NCBI RefSeq assembly: GCF_006345805.1
Contig: NC_042997.1
Coordinates: 97,774,001-97,838,000, forward strand
Source: Octopus sinensis
Taxonomy: Eukaryota
DNA length: 64,000 nucleotides
Reading direction: 5' to 3'
Both the position numbers and the translations under genes were made by a program. Position 1 is the first letter of the stretch. The number at the start of each line of letters is the position of its first letter. Of this stretch, positions 37,031 to 49,346 are shown one piece after another. The notes beneath the pieces were generated by a model. It had not been told where the DNA came from. It ran no database searches and worked only from the letters and a program-made list of their open reading frames with translations.

Positions 37031-38208
37031 GATTAAGCATGACACATAGTTAAATAGTTTGCTTTGTAACCTTATTGTTCTGGTTTCAGTGAAATTTAGA
37101 AACATTATGGAAACTCATTGTGTGTATACATATGTATTTATACAGCATAAAATTAGTGATGTTGATGTACAGTAGCACAGCGGTTTGACAAATATGTCAA
37201 TAAAACAAGTACCCAACTCAAAATTTACTGGATTTAATGTGCTTGACTAAACCCCCAGAGGAAGTATCCCAGTATGGCTGCAAGCCAGTGACTAGTTTAG
37301 ATAGTAAATAAAGAAAAGAATATGTTTATCATACTTAATTTAAAATATTTTCTTTGGTTTCAGTCTGTAGTTTGTGTTATAGACAGACAAGTTGGATATT
37401 ATATTATGAGTGGGTCCTGTGGAAATTCCACTGTGTGGAAAAAAATTGAGGAATTATTTAAGATTTATATGCAACAAAAATGCAGTTATCCTTTCTTATT
37501 CTGTTGCCTGTGCAGTAAATGATACAAACATTTATTATAACAATCTATACAATACTTAATACACACATCGTTCCTTAGTATTTATATTGAAACCGCATGA
37601 TCAGTATATGATTGCATATTCTTTTTTTATTGCACAATATTTTATAATTTAAATTATATACAATTAATGAACACCAGAGAATATACAATGCTTATATTAA
37701 TATAATTAGCTTCAAATTGATTGTAAATTTCAAAAAAACCAAAAAACATCCATAGCTATTTTGCCAAGTTATTTCACTTCCAGTCCCAATATGAATTTAA
37801 AAGTTTCCTCTGTTACACACTTTATATTTCTCTCTCATTTCAAAAAAACTTTTTAACTGCGTAATTTCGCTTTTCACAATAACATTTCTCTCTTCACTTC
37901 TCACTTCCACTAGCCATGTGTAATGCATTTGCTGGCTATCTGCTATCTCTCTCACTTCCCCCCTCTCTCTCTCTCTCTCCCTCCTATCACTCTCACTCCA
38001 CCTCCCTCCTTTTCTAACAATTTAAAGCTTAACATGTGAATGAACAAGCAAGCAGAATTATAATACAGATTTATCAACTAAGAAAGTAGAACGCAGCTGC
38101 AGTAAAGCACTTGTGAAGTGATTGCGATTTAAAAAAAAGAACAAAAAAATCCAAAACAAATGGTTGAATCTAAAAAGCTGTGCTCTTTGCTCTCTTCACC
38201 TTCACTGA

Positions 38209-38427
38209 CCCTTCAGCATTTAAAATACCCATATCAAGCCCAAATATTCTACCTGTTTTATGTTCAAACTGGCCAGATTCAGCATCTCACACCTACTCTG
38301 CAGTGCCATTCTAAAACTGAACAAACACATCTTTGAAATCTCTAAGCTATGAGATAATACATGATCAATTATATAAAATGTGAATAAATAAGCATTACAT
38401 TTGACAGAGAAGCTGAATGCTAAAGGG
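38209..38427 (+). mobile_element. MITE family M2
   Basis: cccttcagcatttaaa...aatgctaaaggg|ttaa. Confidence 0.8.
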
Positions 38428-38459
38428 TTAACCAATATCCTTACTAATGACTACTTTAA

Positions 38460-38669
38460 CCCTGTAGTGTTTGGATTACTCTTGTCAAATGTGATGCACG
38501 TTCATTGTTTTGAGTTGATCCTGCACTATCTTTAGTGTCAAAATTTCATTGCTGTGATTATTTTTTAGAATGATATTGCAGGGTAGGTGTGAGAGGTGAG
38601 ATCTAGCCAGTTTCAGCATAAACCGGGCAGAATATTGTGCTGAATATAGCTACTTTAAATACTAAATGG
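38460..38669 (-). mobile_element. MITE family M2 (opposite orientation)
   Basis: ttaa|ccctgtag...tactaaatgg|ttaa; interior is the reverse complement of the preceding copy. Confidence 0.75.
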
Positions 38670-39199
38670 TTAACAGTTAGTCCAATATATGTACTCAGCA
38701 TATCACTTGACTGTGTATGTGATTATGCCTGTAAAGAGTGTTCTCTTTATTCTCTCTCACTGCTACAACATATTTGCAAGCAAATACCTCTCTCTTTCGC
38801 TTTTCTTGCTCCCTCTCTTTTTCTATCACTTTCCTTCTGCTAAACACTCTTCTGTCTCTATCTCTTTTTACACTCACTTTTAATAAACCATTTTGTGTAA
38901 TATATGTAGGTACAAGATGTCTTCATACATGCATTTTAATTTCCTTTAAGACTGAAACCAAACAATAAACATCTCTCTACAGAATCAACTGGGAAATAGC
39001 TTGTCTAGTTTTGTTTGATGTTTTTGTTTACACCACTGAGTGTCTACAGAGATAAAATGGCTCATATAACTTAATGACAAATACTTTTAACATTCTCTAA
39101 TTTTACACATTTGTATGAGACACTAGTGGTGTATATTTAAATACTGAGATGGCATGTCTATGTAAAATTCACTTAAGCACTTTAATAAATACATTTGTG

Positions 39200-39510
39200 C
39201 TTGTGCCATATAAAACACACTCAGTCCACTCTTATGGGTGGTTGGTGTTAGGAAGAGCATCCAGCTGTAAAGACCTTGTCAAAACAGCTGCCTGGCCAGC
39301 TCCTGTCAAACCATCCAACCCATGCCAGCATGGGAGGCAGACATTAAGTGAGGATGATCTAACATCACCATCATAATCATTTAACATTCGTTGCTCATGC
39401 TGGCATGGGTTGGACTGTTTGACCAGAGCTGGTAAGCTGAGGGGCTGCACCAGACTCCAGTCTGACTTGGCATGGTTTCTATTGCTGGATGACCTTCCTA
39501 ATGCCAACTG
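39200..39510. mobile_element. Two RTE 3' ends joined tail-to-tail
   Basis: + copy about 39200-39362 and - copy about 39363-39510. Confidence 0.8.
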
Positions 39511-39627
39511 CATCACTGTTTAAAATATTTGCTAAATATATTGTATAAACTTTTTGATGGTTTAGCTATGAAATCTATTTCTTTTAAATTTTCATTATTT
39601 GGTATTCATTTTTTTTTTTTCGTCTAG

Positions 39628-39770
39628 GTGTATATTTAATGCTTCTCTGGCTGGTACTCAACTTCATCTGACTGATGACCTTTTCGAGAAACTCCAATCA
39701 ACAGATCTTTTGATGAATGTTTTCAGAGATGGTCAATGGGGATCTATGAGACATTTACCTTTCCTCTCTG
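39628..39770 (+). CDS. FASN: FASN exon 16 (pseudo-KR)
   Basis: CIFNAS...DLLMNVFRDGQWGSMRH; 143 nt. Confidence 0.94.
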
Positions 39771-40149
39771 GTAAAAAAAGCTAACTTTTAAAAGAAAAAA
39801 ATTTCTCTTTAATGATTATATGATATTAATTAATTTTGTAATTGTGAATATTTGCAAGATTTATAGGAGCGGCATATTTTATATGCTATGTTTCTTGGCA
39901 AGTGAAGAATCATGACTAGAGAAAATATATGGGAACTGCTAGAAATAACATCCAAATTACTATCAAATGCATTCTACTGCCTTAGACAATAGACACATTG
40001 AAAAATGTTAACTGTTGCAAAAAAAAAAGTCATAGCTAGTGTACTTAAGTCAGCTTGATCAGGACTAAACATCACAAGAGTTCTTTAATAGAACTTATCA
40101 TTTATAAATACATGGTTAATACCAGTTCAAATATGCTTAGAGCATATTT

Positions 40150-40536
40150 GGGGTCTTTTCGGTTTGAACGGCATTTTTTTCTAGCGGACCCTAGTATTGA
40201 TCTATTGCATTTCAATCTGTTTTAGGGTTAGGGATGGAGGGAAGGGTATCTTTTTTCCTTCACAAATGTAAATAAACCCAATCTGTTTCTTAAACGAGGG
40301 ACATATTCATACGGCACAGAATGTTTTTTTTACCTCAATGGACGTCATTGATTGGTTGAAATTGCAGAAATTGAAGGAAAAAAAAACAACAAATATCTTA
40401 CAAACTATAGAATTTTCTCAATAAAGCCAAGAGAAAAAGATGTTTTATAAACACATTCTACCAGTATACGAAGTTAAAAATTTTTTAGTTACCTAGAAAT
40501 TATGTTAAAATCTGCTGTTCAAACTGAAAAGATCCC
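40150..40536. mobile_element. TIR MITE with 24-bp TIRs and 6-7-bp TSD
   Basis: ggggtcttttcggtttgaacggca / tgctgttcaaactgaaaagatccc; atattt(g) on both flanks. Confidence 0.85.
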
Positions 40537-41142
40537 ATATTTGAACCTGTAAGAAAGCCATTCACTGTTTTGTCATGTAGAAAATTTCATGGAGAACAAT
40601 TTACATTTTACAACTCTGCCATTGTCATGAATATGAAATTTCTGTCTTCATTGTTCACTTTCTAAATGTGCATTTACTGTGTAGAAGACACCCCTCCCTC
40701 ACCCATCCACTGTTCCTACTGTACTGTTGCTCTCTAAATGAGCAGAGAAAGGGTTATAAGGTCTTTCTGGTCCTGTCCTGCCAATGATTATTCAACCACT
40801 CCAGTGTTTGTGCCATGTGAAAATGCTCCCACTACAGTAAAGTGGTTGATGCTAGGAAGGGCATCCAGCCAGATAAACCAAGCCAAATGATATGTATGAT
40901 AATTTAGTCTTTGGGGACTGGTCTTCATTGGAGGGGTCCAACCCATGCATGCATGGAATATGCGTGCGATTTGACTTGCATGGAAAGTGCATGTAAAATG
41001 ACAATAAAAAAAAAAATTGCCAGCATGGAAGACGGATGTTAAAAGATGAATCTAAATAGTTTTAATTGATAATTATTATTTTTTTATCTTACATTACTTA
41101 TGTTCTTATGTAAGATAAAGAAAAAAATTAGTGTTCTCAAGT

Positions 41143-41474
41143 GAAGGCACATGGCTCAGTGGTTAGAGTGTTGGGCTCGGAATCATGAGGTGGTGAGTTC
41201 GATTTCCAGAATGGGCTGTATTGTTCTTGAGCAAGACACTTTATTTCATGTTGCTCCAGTTCACTCACCTGTAGAAATGAGTTGTGATGTCACTGGTACC
41301 AAGCTAACTTGCCCTTTCCCTTGGATAACATTGGTGGTGTAGAGAGGGGAGGTTGGTATGCATGGGTGATGCTGGTCTTCCATAAACAACCTTGCCCAGA
41401 TTTGTGCCTCGGAAATGAACGTTCTGGGTGCAATCCCATGGTCATTCATGACCGAAAGGGATCTTTACCCTTTT
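41143..41474 (+). mobile_element. SINE type D, long-tail version
   Basis: ggcacatggctcagtggttagag A box, gagttcgatttcc B box, ttgttcttgagcaagacacttt core. Confidence 0.8.
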
Positions 41475-41701
41475 TAATGATCTCATCATGAGTTGGATCA
41501 AATTTTTTTTCCCTTTGGAAATGAATTTCTAGGTAACTTAGCGTAAAATTTATAAATAAACTTTTGTTTCTTAATGTTAAATTCTATATTAACCCTTCTG
41601 CATTCAGATGACTATCAAATGTAATGCTTATTTATTCATATTATTTTGAATTGAGCTGCTCTCAGAAGCTTAGTTTTTATTTTTTTTTTTTCTATATCCA
41701 G

Positions 41702-42003
41702 GTTTGGCACAAATTTCAGAATCAAATCATGCATACATAAACGTTATGACTCGTGGTGACTTGTCAAGCCTTCGATGGATTGAATCCTCACTGAAGTACT
41801 TTAACACAAAACTGTCTCCAAACAAGCAACTTTGTACAGTTTATTATGCTTCACTCAACTTCAGAGATATTATGCTAGCTTCTGGCAAGTTGCCGCCAGA
41901 TGCTATTCCTGGAAATTTGGCTGACCAAGATTGCCTTTTGGGGATTGAATTTTCTGGAAAGAGCCCACAGGGCAAAAGGATCATGGGATTGTTGTCTGCC
42001 AAG
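41702..42003 (+). CDS. FASN: FASN exon 17 (ER start)
   Basis: HAYINVMTRGDLSSLRW...YYASLNFRDIMLASGKL...LGIEFSG; 302 nt. Confidence 0.96.
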
Positions 42004-42768
42004 GTAAACTATATTTGATATGTTTATACTATCTTCAATATTTTTACTTCAGTTTTACCTGAATTCAGTTCAAGACAAAATCAAGCGAATATGATTTGTT
42101 TCTATTAGTTTCAAAAGTAAGAATTTAGTAAAATAGCTTAGTCATTATTAAGCTGGTGTTTGAAACAAATTAATTTCAAATTTTGTGGGAATATCTAAAT
42201 TTAGGTCATTCTAAAACAGGAAGTTTGTATCCTAGAAATGAGAGTAGCTGAAGGTTTGATATATTATTTAGTTATTTTTTTTTTAAGAGAAAGTCACAGT
42301 TCAAAATAAGGATTTTTATTAGCTGATTTTGATTTGTTAGGAATTTATGCATTAAAATGTTTGTATATATGTGGTCCATATCTCTATCTCATGATGAGTG
42401 CTGGTATAACTGCATGGATTTAGATTTGCTTTGCAGCTACAAGCTCCTGTTGTACCTTGTGCAAGTGTCTCTTAATGTATCTTTTAGGATTTAAAAAAAA
42501 AAAAAAAGAATCTCTGTGTGTGTGTGTGTGTGTGTATGTGTAAATCTTTGAGGTATATCTGTGAAGGCTACATTAAAGTACCAAGTTCTTGGTTTTCTTG
42601 CCAAATTCAAATTACCCTGTTCTTCCTGAGTTGCTCAGGCACTCGGTGTCAAATTCACTAGCATAATTTCAGTAACCTATTTAAGTTTAAAGTATGGCCA
42701 GTATATCATGTCCTTATGGATATTAAACCCTGTCTTAACCATTTGTGTTTTTTTTTCATTCTCGGCAG

Positions 42769-43249
42769 GGATTAGCCACCTCTGTTGATGCTGACAGGGA
42801 TTTCTTGTGGGAAATTCCTAACTCCTGGACCCTTGAGGAAGCAGCAAGTGTTCCTGTTGTTTATTCCACAGTATATTATGCTCTAGTAGTCAGAGGCCAA
42901 ATTAAAAAAGGCGACTCCATTCTTATTCATTCTGGCAGTGGAGGTGTTGGCCAAGCTGCAATTTCTGTGGCACATTTCTTTGAATGTGAAATTTATACAA
43001 CTGTAGGAACCGAAGAGAAGAAGAAATATTTGCAAGAGCGCTTTCCTTTCCTGAAAGATAAGCACTTCAGTAATTCCCGAGATACATCCTTCGAGGTTGA
43101 TATTCTGCGAGTGACCAATGGTAGAGGTGTTGATGTTGTTCTCAATTCTCTTGCTGATGAAAAACTCCAAGCAAGTTTAAGAGTGTTGGCCAATCATGGA
43201 CGCTTTTTGGAGATTGGCAAAGTTGATTTATCAAAGAACACACCATTAG
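42769..43249 (+). CDS. FASN: FASN exon 18 (ER NADPH-binding)
   Basis: [20 protein letters not shown]...[13 protein letters not shown]...GRFLEIGK; 481 nt. Confidence 0.97.
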
Positions 43250-43384
43250 GTTTGTATATAATTTTTTGCTCATTTATGTTTTGAAAATGACCTCAATTTC
43301 TTTTGAAAAACTGAATGTGAAATTTTCACTTATTTGTTTTTGAAACAGTCGTCTTCATTCTAATGTCTCCTTTTCCCTACTTTT

Positions 43385-43571
43385 CATTGATCAAACGGAA
43401 ATTTGTTGCAGCAGGCTTTTTACAGCTTGAGGCCCTTCCTGTCACCAACCCTTGTTTCCATGTAAAGTAATATTTCCCCGGCCAGACATGTTTCCACAAA
43501 ATATTGGAAACAAAGGACATTGCTGCATTATGTTAACAATTATCATGTGATGTCAAGGCAAGGAGACAGTA

Positions 43572-43670
<99 letters not shown>

Positions 43671-43780
43671 GCTTCATTCAGTTTCCATCTACCTAATCTC
43701 CCCAGAAGCCTTAGGTTAGGCCCAGGGTCATAGTAGATGCCTAAGGTGTCATGCTGTTGGACTAAACCTGCAACAATAGG
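43385..43780 (-). mobile_element. SINE type B2 containing a pure (CA)n tract
   Basis: RTE-like tail, caaggcaaggagac block, (CA)n, then ttcagtttcc..tac core. Confidence 0.65.
43574..43668. repeat. Perfect (CA)~47 microsatellite
   Basis: Direct reading. Confidence 0.98.
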
Positions 43781-43864
43781 ATGAAAGAAATTCGTCTGGG
43801 ACTAATAAAATACTTACCAGGCATAAACTGGGATAGTTTTAACCTTGTTCCTTTTAATATGTGG

Positions 43865-44751
43865 ATCATCATTATCATTGTCATTAACATCCGCTTTCCA
43901 TGCTGGCATGGGTTGGATAGTTTGACTGAGGGATGGCAAGCCAGATGGCTGAACCAGGATCCAATCTGATCTGGCAAAGTTTCTACAGCTGGATACCCTT
44001 CCTAATGCCAACCACTCCAAGAGTGTAGTGGGTGCTTTTTACGTGTCACTGGCACAAGGGCCAGTCAGGTAGCATTAGCAACACCATGTTTGAATGGTGC
44101 TTTTTTCATGCCTCCAGCACAGGACCATTGGCATTGACCACGCTTGAATGGTGCTTTTTATGTGCCACTGGCAAGGGTGCCAATCAGGCAGTACTGTTAT
44201 CGGCCACGACAATGACTTGCCTCAATAGGTCTTTGCAAGCGCAGTTTATTGCCCAGTGATTGAAAGGTACTCTTAAATGGGCCGGTTCTGCAGCACTGGC
44301 ATAGGCCATGGTTACAGTCTCACTTGGCTTGCCGGATCTTCTCAAGCACAGCATATCTCCAAAGGTTTCAGTCACTTGTCATTGCCTTCGTGAGGCCCAA
44401 CGTTCGAAGGTCATGTTTCACCACCTCATCCCAGGTCTTCCTGGGTCTACTTCTTCCACAGGTTCCCTCTACTGCTAGGGTGTGACACTTTTTCACAGCT
44501 GTCCTCATCCATACGCAACACATGACCATATCAGCACAGTCCTCTCTCTTGCGCATCTCATCTGATGCTCATGTCCAACTTTTCTCTCAGGGCATTTACA
44601 CTCTCTGTCATGTATGCACTCTGATATTACACATTCAATGGAACATAGTACCTTCATTCCTTGCAAGCTTATGCATGTCCTCAGCAGTCACAAGCCAGGT
44701 TTCACTGCCATGTAGCATGGCTGTTTGCACACATGCGTTATACAGTCTACT
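43865..44751 (-). mobile_element. 5'-truncated RTE-clade LINE (ORF remnant 44320-44751; 3' UTR 43865-44319)
   Basis: RLYNACVQTAMLHGSETW..AEDM..LARNE..LREKLD..YGHV.RMDEDSC..KCHTLAVEGTCGRSRPRKTWDEVVKHDLRTLGL..LWRYAVLEK; the 3' UTR matches the abundant short copies. Confidence 0.9.
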
Positions 44752-45232
44752 GTGGGTAGGGTGTGGGAGGTGTGGGCCCTCGAGACTTTGGGATGGGGAC
44801 AGCAGCGCTGTACCTGAAAAGAAAGCTCGTGTTTGACAGAACTCATAAACATACAATAGCCTTCAATCTGCATACACTACACCATCATTTTATGTGCTAC
44901 ATAATCACCACATTACATAGGAGATAAACCCTAAGTAGGGGTTGGAGGAACATTAAGCCTTTGAAGGTGTTCATGGGAGAGATATCCGTCAGAGGATAGA
45001 GACTTCCGGTACAGGTTGTGGGGGTGGGAAGGGCAGGCGCACTTTGAAATAGCAAAAACTCAGGCTGCCAGTGTGAGAAAATAGTAATGATAATAATAAT
45101 GAGATAGAATTGGGCATTTGTATTCCTAACTGTTTTCAGTCAGCCAAACTGTAACATAATTAGATAGATGAATGAATAAAATCTATAAAAGAGACAGCAA
45201 ATCATTTTTTTTTTGTTTTTTTTTAATTATAG

Positions 45233-45456
45233 GTATGTCAATATTTCTGAAGAATATTACTTTCCATGGAATCCTTTTGGATGCCTTATTTGAACCTGGA
45301 AACAAAGACTGGAAGAAAGTAGCAAATCTTTTGGCAAAAGGAATTAAATCTGGGGCTGTGAAGCCATTGAAAACAACAGTCTTTGATAAAACTGATGTGG
45401 AAGCAGCTTTCCGATATATGGCTCAGGGCAAGCACATTGGAAAAGTTCTAATTAAA
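45233..45456 (+). CDS. FASN: FASN exon 19 (ER end)
   Basis: [17 protein letters not shown]...[17 protein letters not shown]; 224 nt. Confidence 0.97.
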
Positions 45457-45785
45457 GTAAGTATATGATAATTGATTTATGTTCATGGAATGAACAAGTT
45501 CACCTTTTTTATTGCATATTGCCTCTATTTTCCTGTATTATCTTGAGTTAGCCTGGACCTCAATTCTTTTACTTGTATCACTCTTAGTCTTACTTTGTTG
45601 TAGCTATTCATTGTATCATGCATGGATATCAGGCATGAGTAATTTGAACAGGCTGATGTTCACCATCTTTGTTTAATGTCTGTTTTCCATGCTAGCATGG
45701 ACTGCATCGAACCCCAATGTAACCTTTGCCATGGGTTCTATGGCTGGATTCCTTTCCTAACACCAACCACTTCACAATGAATACT

Positions 45786-45818
<33 letters not shown>

Positions 45819-45871
45819 TTTTAATCTATACCAGCTTACTGTAACCAATAAAGTTAGTATTCAATATTTTA

Positions 45872-46085
45872 AATGTGATCTGGCAGAAATATCAGCAGGC
45901 CGGATGAAATGCTTAGCAGTATTTCTTCTGTCTTTACATTCTGAGTTCAAATTCTGCCGAGGTCGACTTTGCCTTTTGTCCTTTCAGGGTTAAGTTAAGT
46001 ACCAGTTGCATACTGGAATCAATCTAATTGATTGGGCCCCTCCCCCAAAATTTCAGACCTTGTGCTTAGAGTAGAAAAGAATATT
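45872..46085 (+). mobile_element. SINE type A2
   Basis: ctggcagaaatatcagc head, gagttcaaattctgccgaggtcgac, ccctcccccaaaatttcag tail. Confidence 0.8.
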
Positions 46086-46261
46086 AGTTTCAATATCAGT
46101 TAATGAGTAATTAATATATGAAAAATATTCATGGTAATGTTGGTAATATAGAGAAACCAATTTTACTCTAGAAAATAAAATTCCCAGTTGCTGCCTGCAT
46201 TGAGTGCAATCCCTGCCCCACCCAAAAGTTTGGAAGAAAAAAAAGTGATAAAGTTTCTGTT

Positions 46262-46722
46262 CCAGGCATGGCTGTGTGGTAAGAATGTTGCTTTCCAGCT
46301 GTGGTGATCTTGGATTCAGTTCCACTTCACAGCACCTTGTGCAAAGGGTCTTCCACTATAGCCCCAGGCCGACCAAATCTCTGCAAATTCCGCCAAGGTC
46401 GACTTTGCCTTTCATCCTTTCAGGGTCGATAAATTAAGTACCAGTTACGCACTGGGGTCGATGTAATCGACTTACTCCATTTGTCCTTGTTTGTCCCCTC
46501 TGTGTTTAGCCCCTTGTGGGTAGTAAAGAAATATATATTTGTCTCCAACCACTATGTGGCAGCCTGTGTTGGTTTATGTCCTTGTAACTTAGTAGTTCAT
46601 CAAAAAGAGTATGATAGAATATATGTAAGGCTTGAAAATAAATACTGGAGGTGAATTGTTCAACTAAACTCTTCAAGATGGTACCCTTGCATGGTTGCAG
46701 TCCAAAGATTGAAACAAGTAAA
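46262..46722 (+). mobile_element. Chimeric SINE: B1 head/core + 5'-truncated A1 (about 46383-46530) + B1 tail
   Basis: The three blocks are individually recognisable from other copies. Confidence 0.7.
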
Positions 46723-47093
46723 AAATTAAACATAATGTTTGCTCAAGCATAATGGTAATTCTGGTTATGCATTCCATATAATCTAAAATGTTTTGATGTT
46801 CATAAAATGGCTTGTAAAGAGATGATCTGGTGAACCCCATGTTCTACACCATCAATTGTTACAGAATTTTCACTTTGAAGTGTAAAGCAAGAAAAGCTCC
46901 CTCACTAGATGTGCATGAGCACATCTATACAAGTGTATCTGGAAATTGTCTCTTTATAAGTGTGTTTATAAATTGTGTGTGACCGTACATGTGAGCCTGT
47001 ATACTTTGCTGAACGTCTAAGCTGCATTGTGTATGAAACCTAACTCCTGTTTCTGCTTCTTCCTGCCCATTCATCATGTGTTTTGTTTTAAAA

Positions 47094-47376
47094 TCATCAT
47101 CATTGTTTAACGTCCGCTTTCCATGCTAACATGGGTTGGACGGTTTGACGGGGGTCTGAGAATCCAGGAGGCTGCACCAGGTCCAGTCTGATCAGGCAGT
47201 GTTTCTACAGCTAGATTCCTTTCCCAACGCCAACCACTCTGTGAGTGTAGTCGGTTGGTGCTGATCGAAATTGATCAAAAATCAATGGAAATTGTAGTTG
47301 TGATACCAGTGCCGGTGGCATGTAAAAAGCACCAACCAATCGTGGCCGTTGCCAGCCTCGCCTGGCACCTGTGCCA
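47094..47376 (-). mobile_element. RTE 3' end with inverted 5' segment
   Basis: 47094-47252 is minus-oriented; 47255-47376 is the adjoining upstream part in plus orientation. Confidence 0.8.
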
Positions 47377-47583
47377 GGGCTTGACTACCATTCTTCCTCC
47401 CCGGTATGCTTCTGCAATATTCAGTTTCCATATTAATTGCATTTTTCTACCTTTTTCCATTTTAAGAGGACTTTTGTGACTCCTAACAAAACGTTTCCAT
47501 CTTGAACATGAAAATAAAAGCAAAAATAAATTTATAGTAGTTATAAAATTTACTAGTTTTAAACTCGTGGTTGGTTTAATTAA

Positions 47584-47988
<405 letters not shown>

Positions 47989-48623
47989 TAATTGTGAAAT
48001 TTTGTTTTGATTTTTTTTCTTTAATGCAGAGAGCATAAAAAAAAAAAAAGCTCCCTTAAAATAACTAAACCGAGAAGGAGAAAGATCTTATTTAATCAAC
48101 TGGGTTTCAGAAAGCACGGGAGATAACTCCGTGCTCGTTTCGGTCTTATGACCACATTTGTGAGGTATAGACTTGCCTTTACTTGGCACAATAAATGTAC
48201 AATATTCTTCTCTGGTTGGCATAGGAAAATAATGTTTTATAGAGTATAAGGAACTCTATTTGTGTTCCAGTTTTCATATGAAAATATTTTCATTGCGTAT
48301 TGGATCTAATGGATTACAGAATGTTTCATATCATGCTGGAAAGATAAACAGTAGTATGAAAGTGATTTGGAGGGTGGGGGGAATCTAGTTCATATTTTAA
48401 GCGCCTCTAAAGCCAGTGTTGATATGTCCTTTATCGAGCCTGAAAATAGGAAGTTCTCTCCTTTGAAACATTTTTTTAATATATTTTCCATGTGTAAAAA
48501 TTGAGCCTACTGTCTGCACAGTTTATTAGTGTGGCCAGACTTAGATGATTGCAGGATTACAGTCTGTTAACATGTTCATCATGGATGAGTCTTCTAGCTC
48601 AGTATAGTTAGGTGATATATACT

Positions 48624-49028
48624 TGGCAGACACCTATAAAATTATTAACCCTGTTACAAACAATAACTCTGAGCACCTTTTCAAACTCCACCTGTCTAAC
48701 ACTCGTGGACATGTTTACAAAGTCATAAAACAGCACAGCTCCCATGACTTTCGGAAACATTTTTTCGTGCTAAGAGTTGCTGAAGTATGGAACAAACTGC
48801 CAGCATCAGTTGTTAGTTGTCGGAGCACTGCATCCTTCAAAACTTCCATGCTTCTTGAGATTCAATACTACACCTGATTTTCTCCCCTCCATACACACGC
48901 GAGCATGTATCTGACTCATACACTGTTCACTTTCCAGACACTTGTACATTACTGCATATGCTTTATATGCACTTTTGACAAGTTGTGGTGCACTTGAGCA
49001 TTGTATACAATAATTTCATTATTATTAT
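48624..49028 (+). mobile_element. 5'-truncated CR1-clade LINE 3' end
   Basis: TRGHVYKV.KQHS..DFRKHFF..RVAEVWNKLPASVV...FK; (ATT)n tail; tatact on both flanks. Confidence 0.88.
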
Positions 49029-49346
49029 TATACTCTGATGGAAGATCAGTGTGTGCTAATGCAATCCTTTTGCTGCAAACTTTGCCATTTGCAGTTATTT
49101 TGCTTTGGTTCTAGGTTTTGGTACTCAAATTTAGTAAAGTTGCTAGGATGTCATGGGGATAATGTTTGCCTTTTTGGAAAGCTTTAGCTATTCTTTGTTG
49201 GATGTAGAAATTGGTGCATTGTGGTATGGCTGCTCTTCAGATAAATAAATCTTATTTTATCTGAAGTATTTGTATAATTATGAATGTATCTATTAAAAAG
49301 AAATTTGTAAATATGAAATAAAAACAATTTTATCAATGCTATAAAT

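Noticed and set aside
36048-37105. 330-aa and 307-aa ORFs (IYLSIY...)
   Set aside because: Translations of the C-free GATA/TA satellite, open only because the repeat lacks stop codons on that strand.
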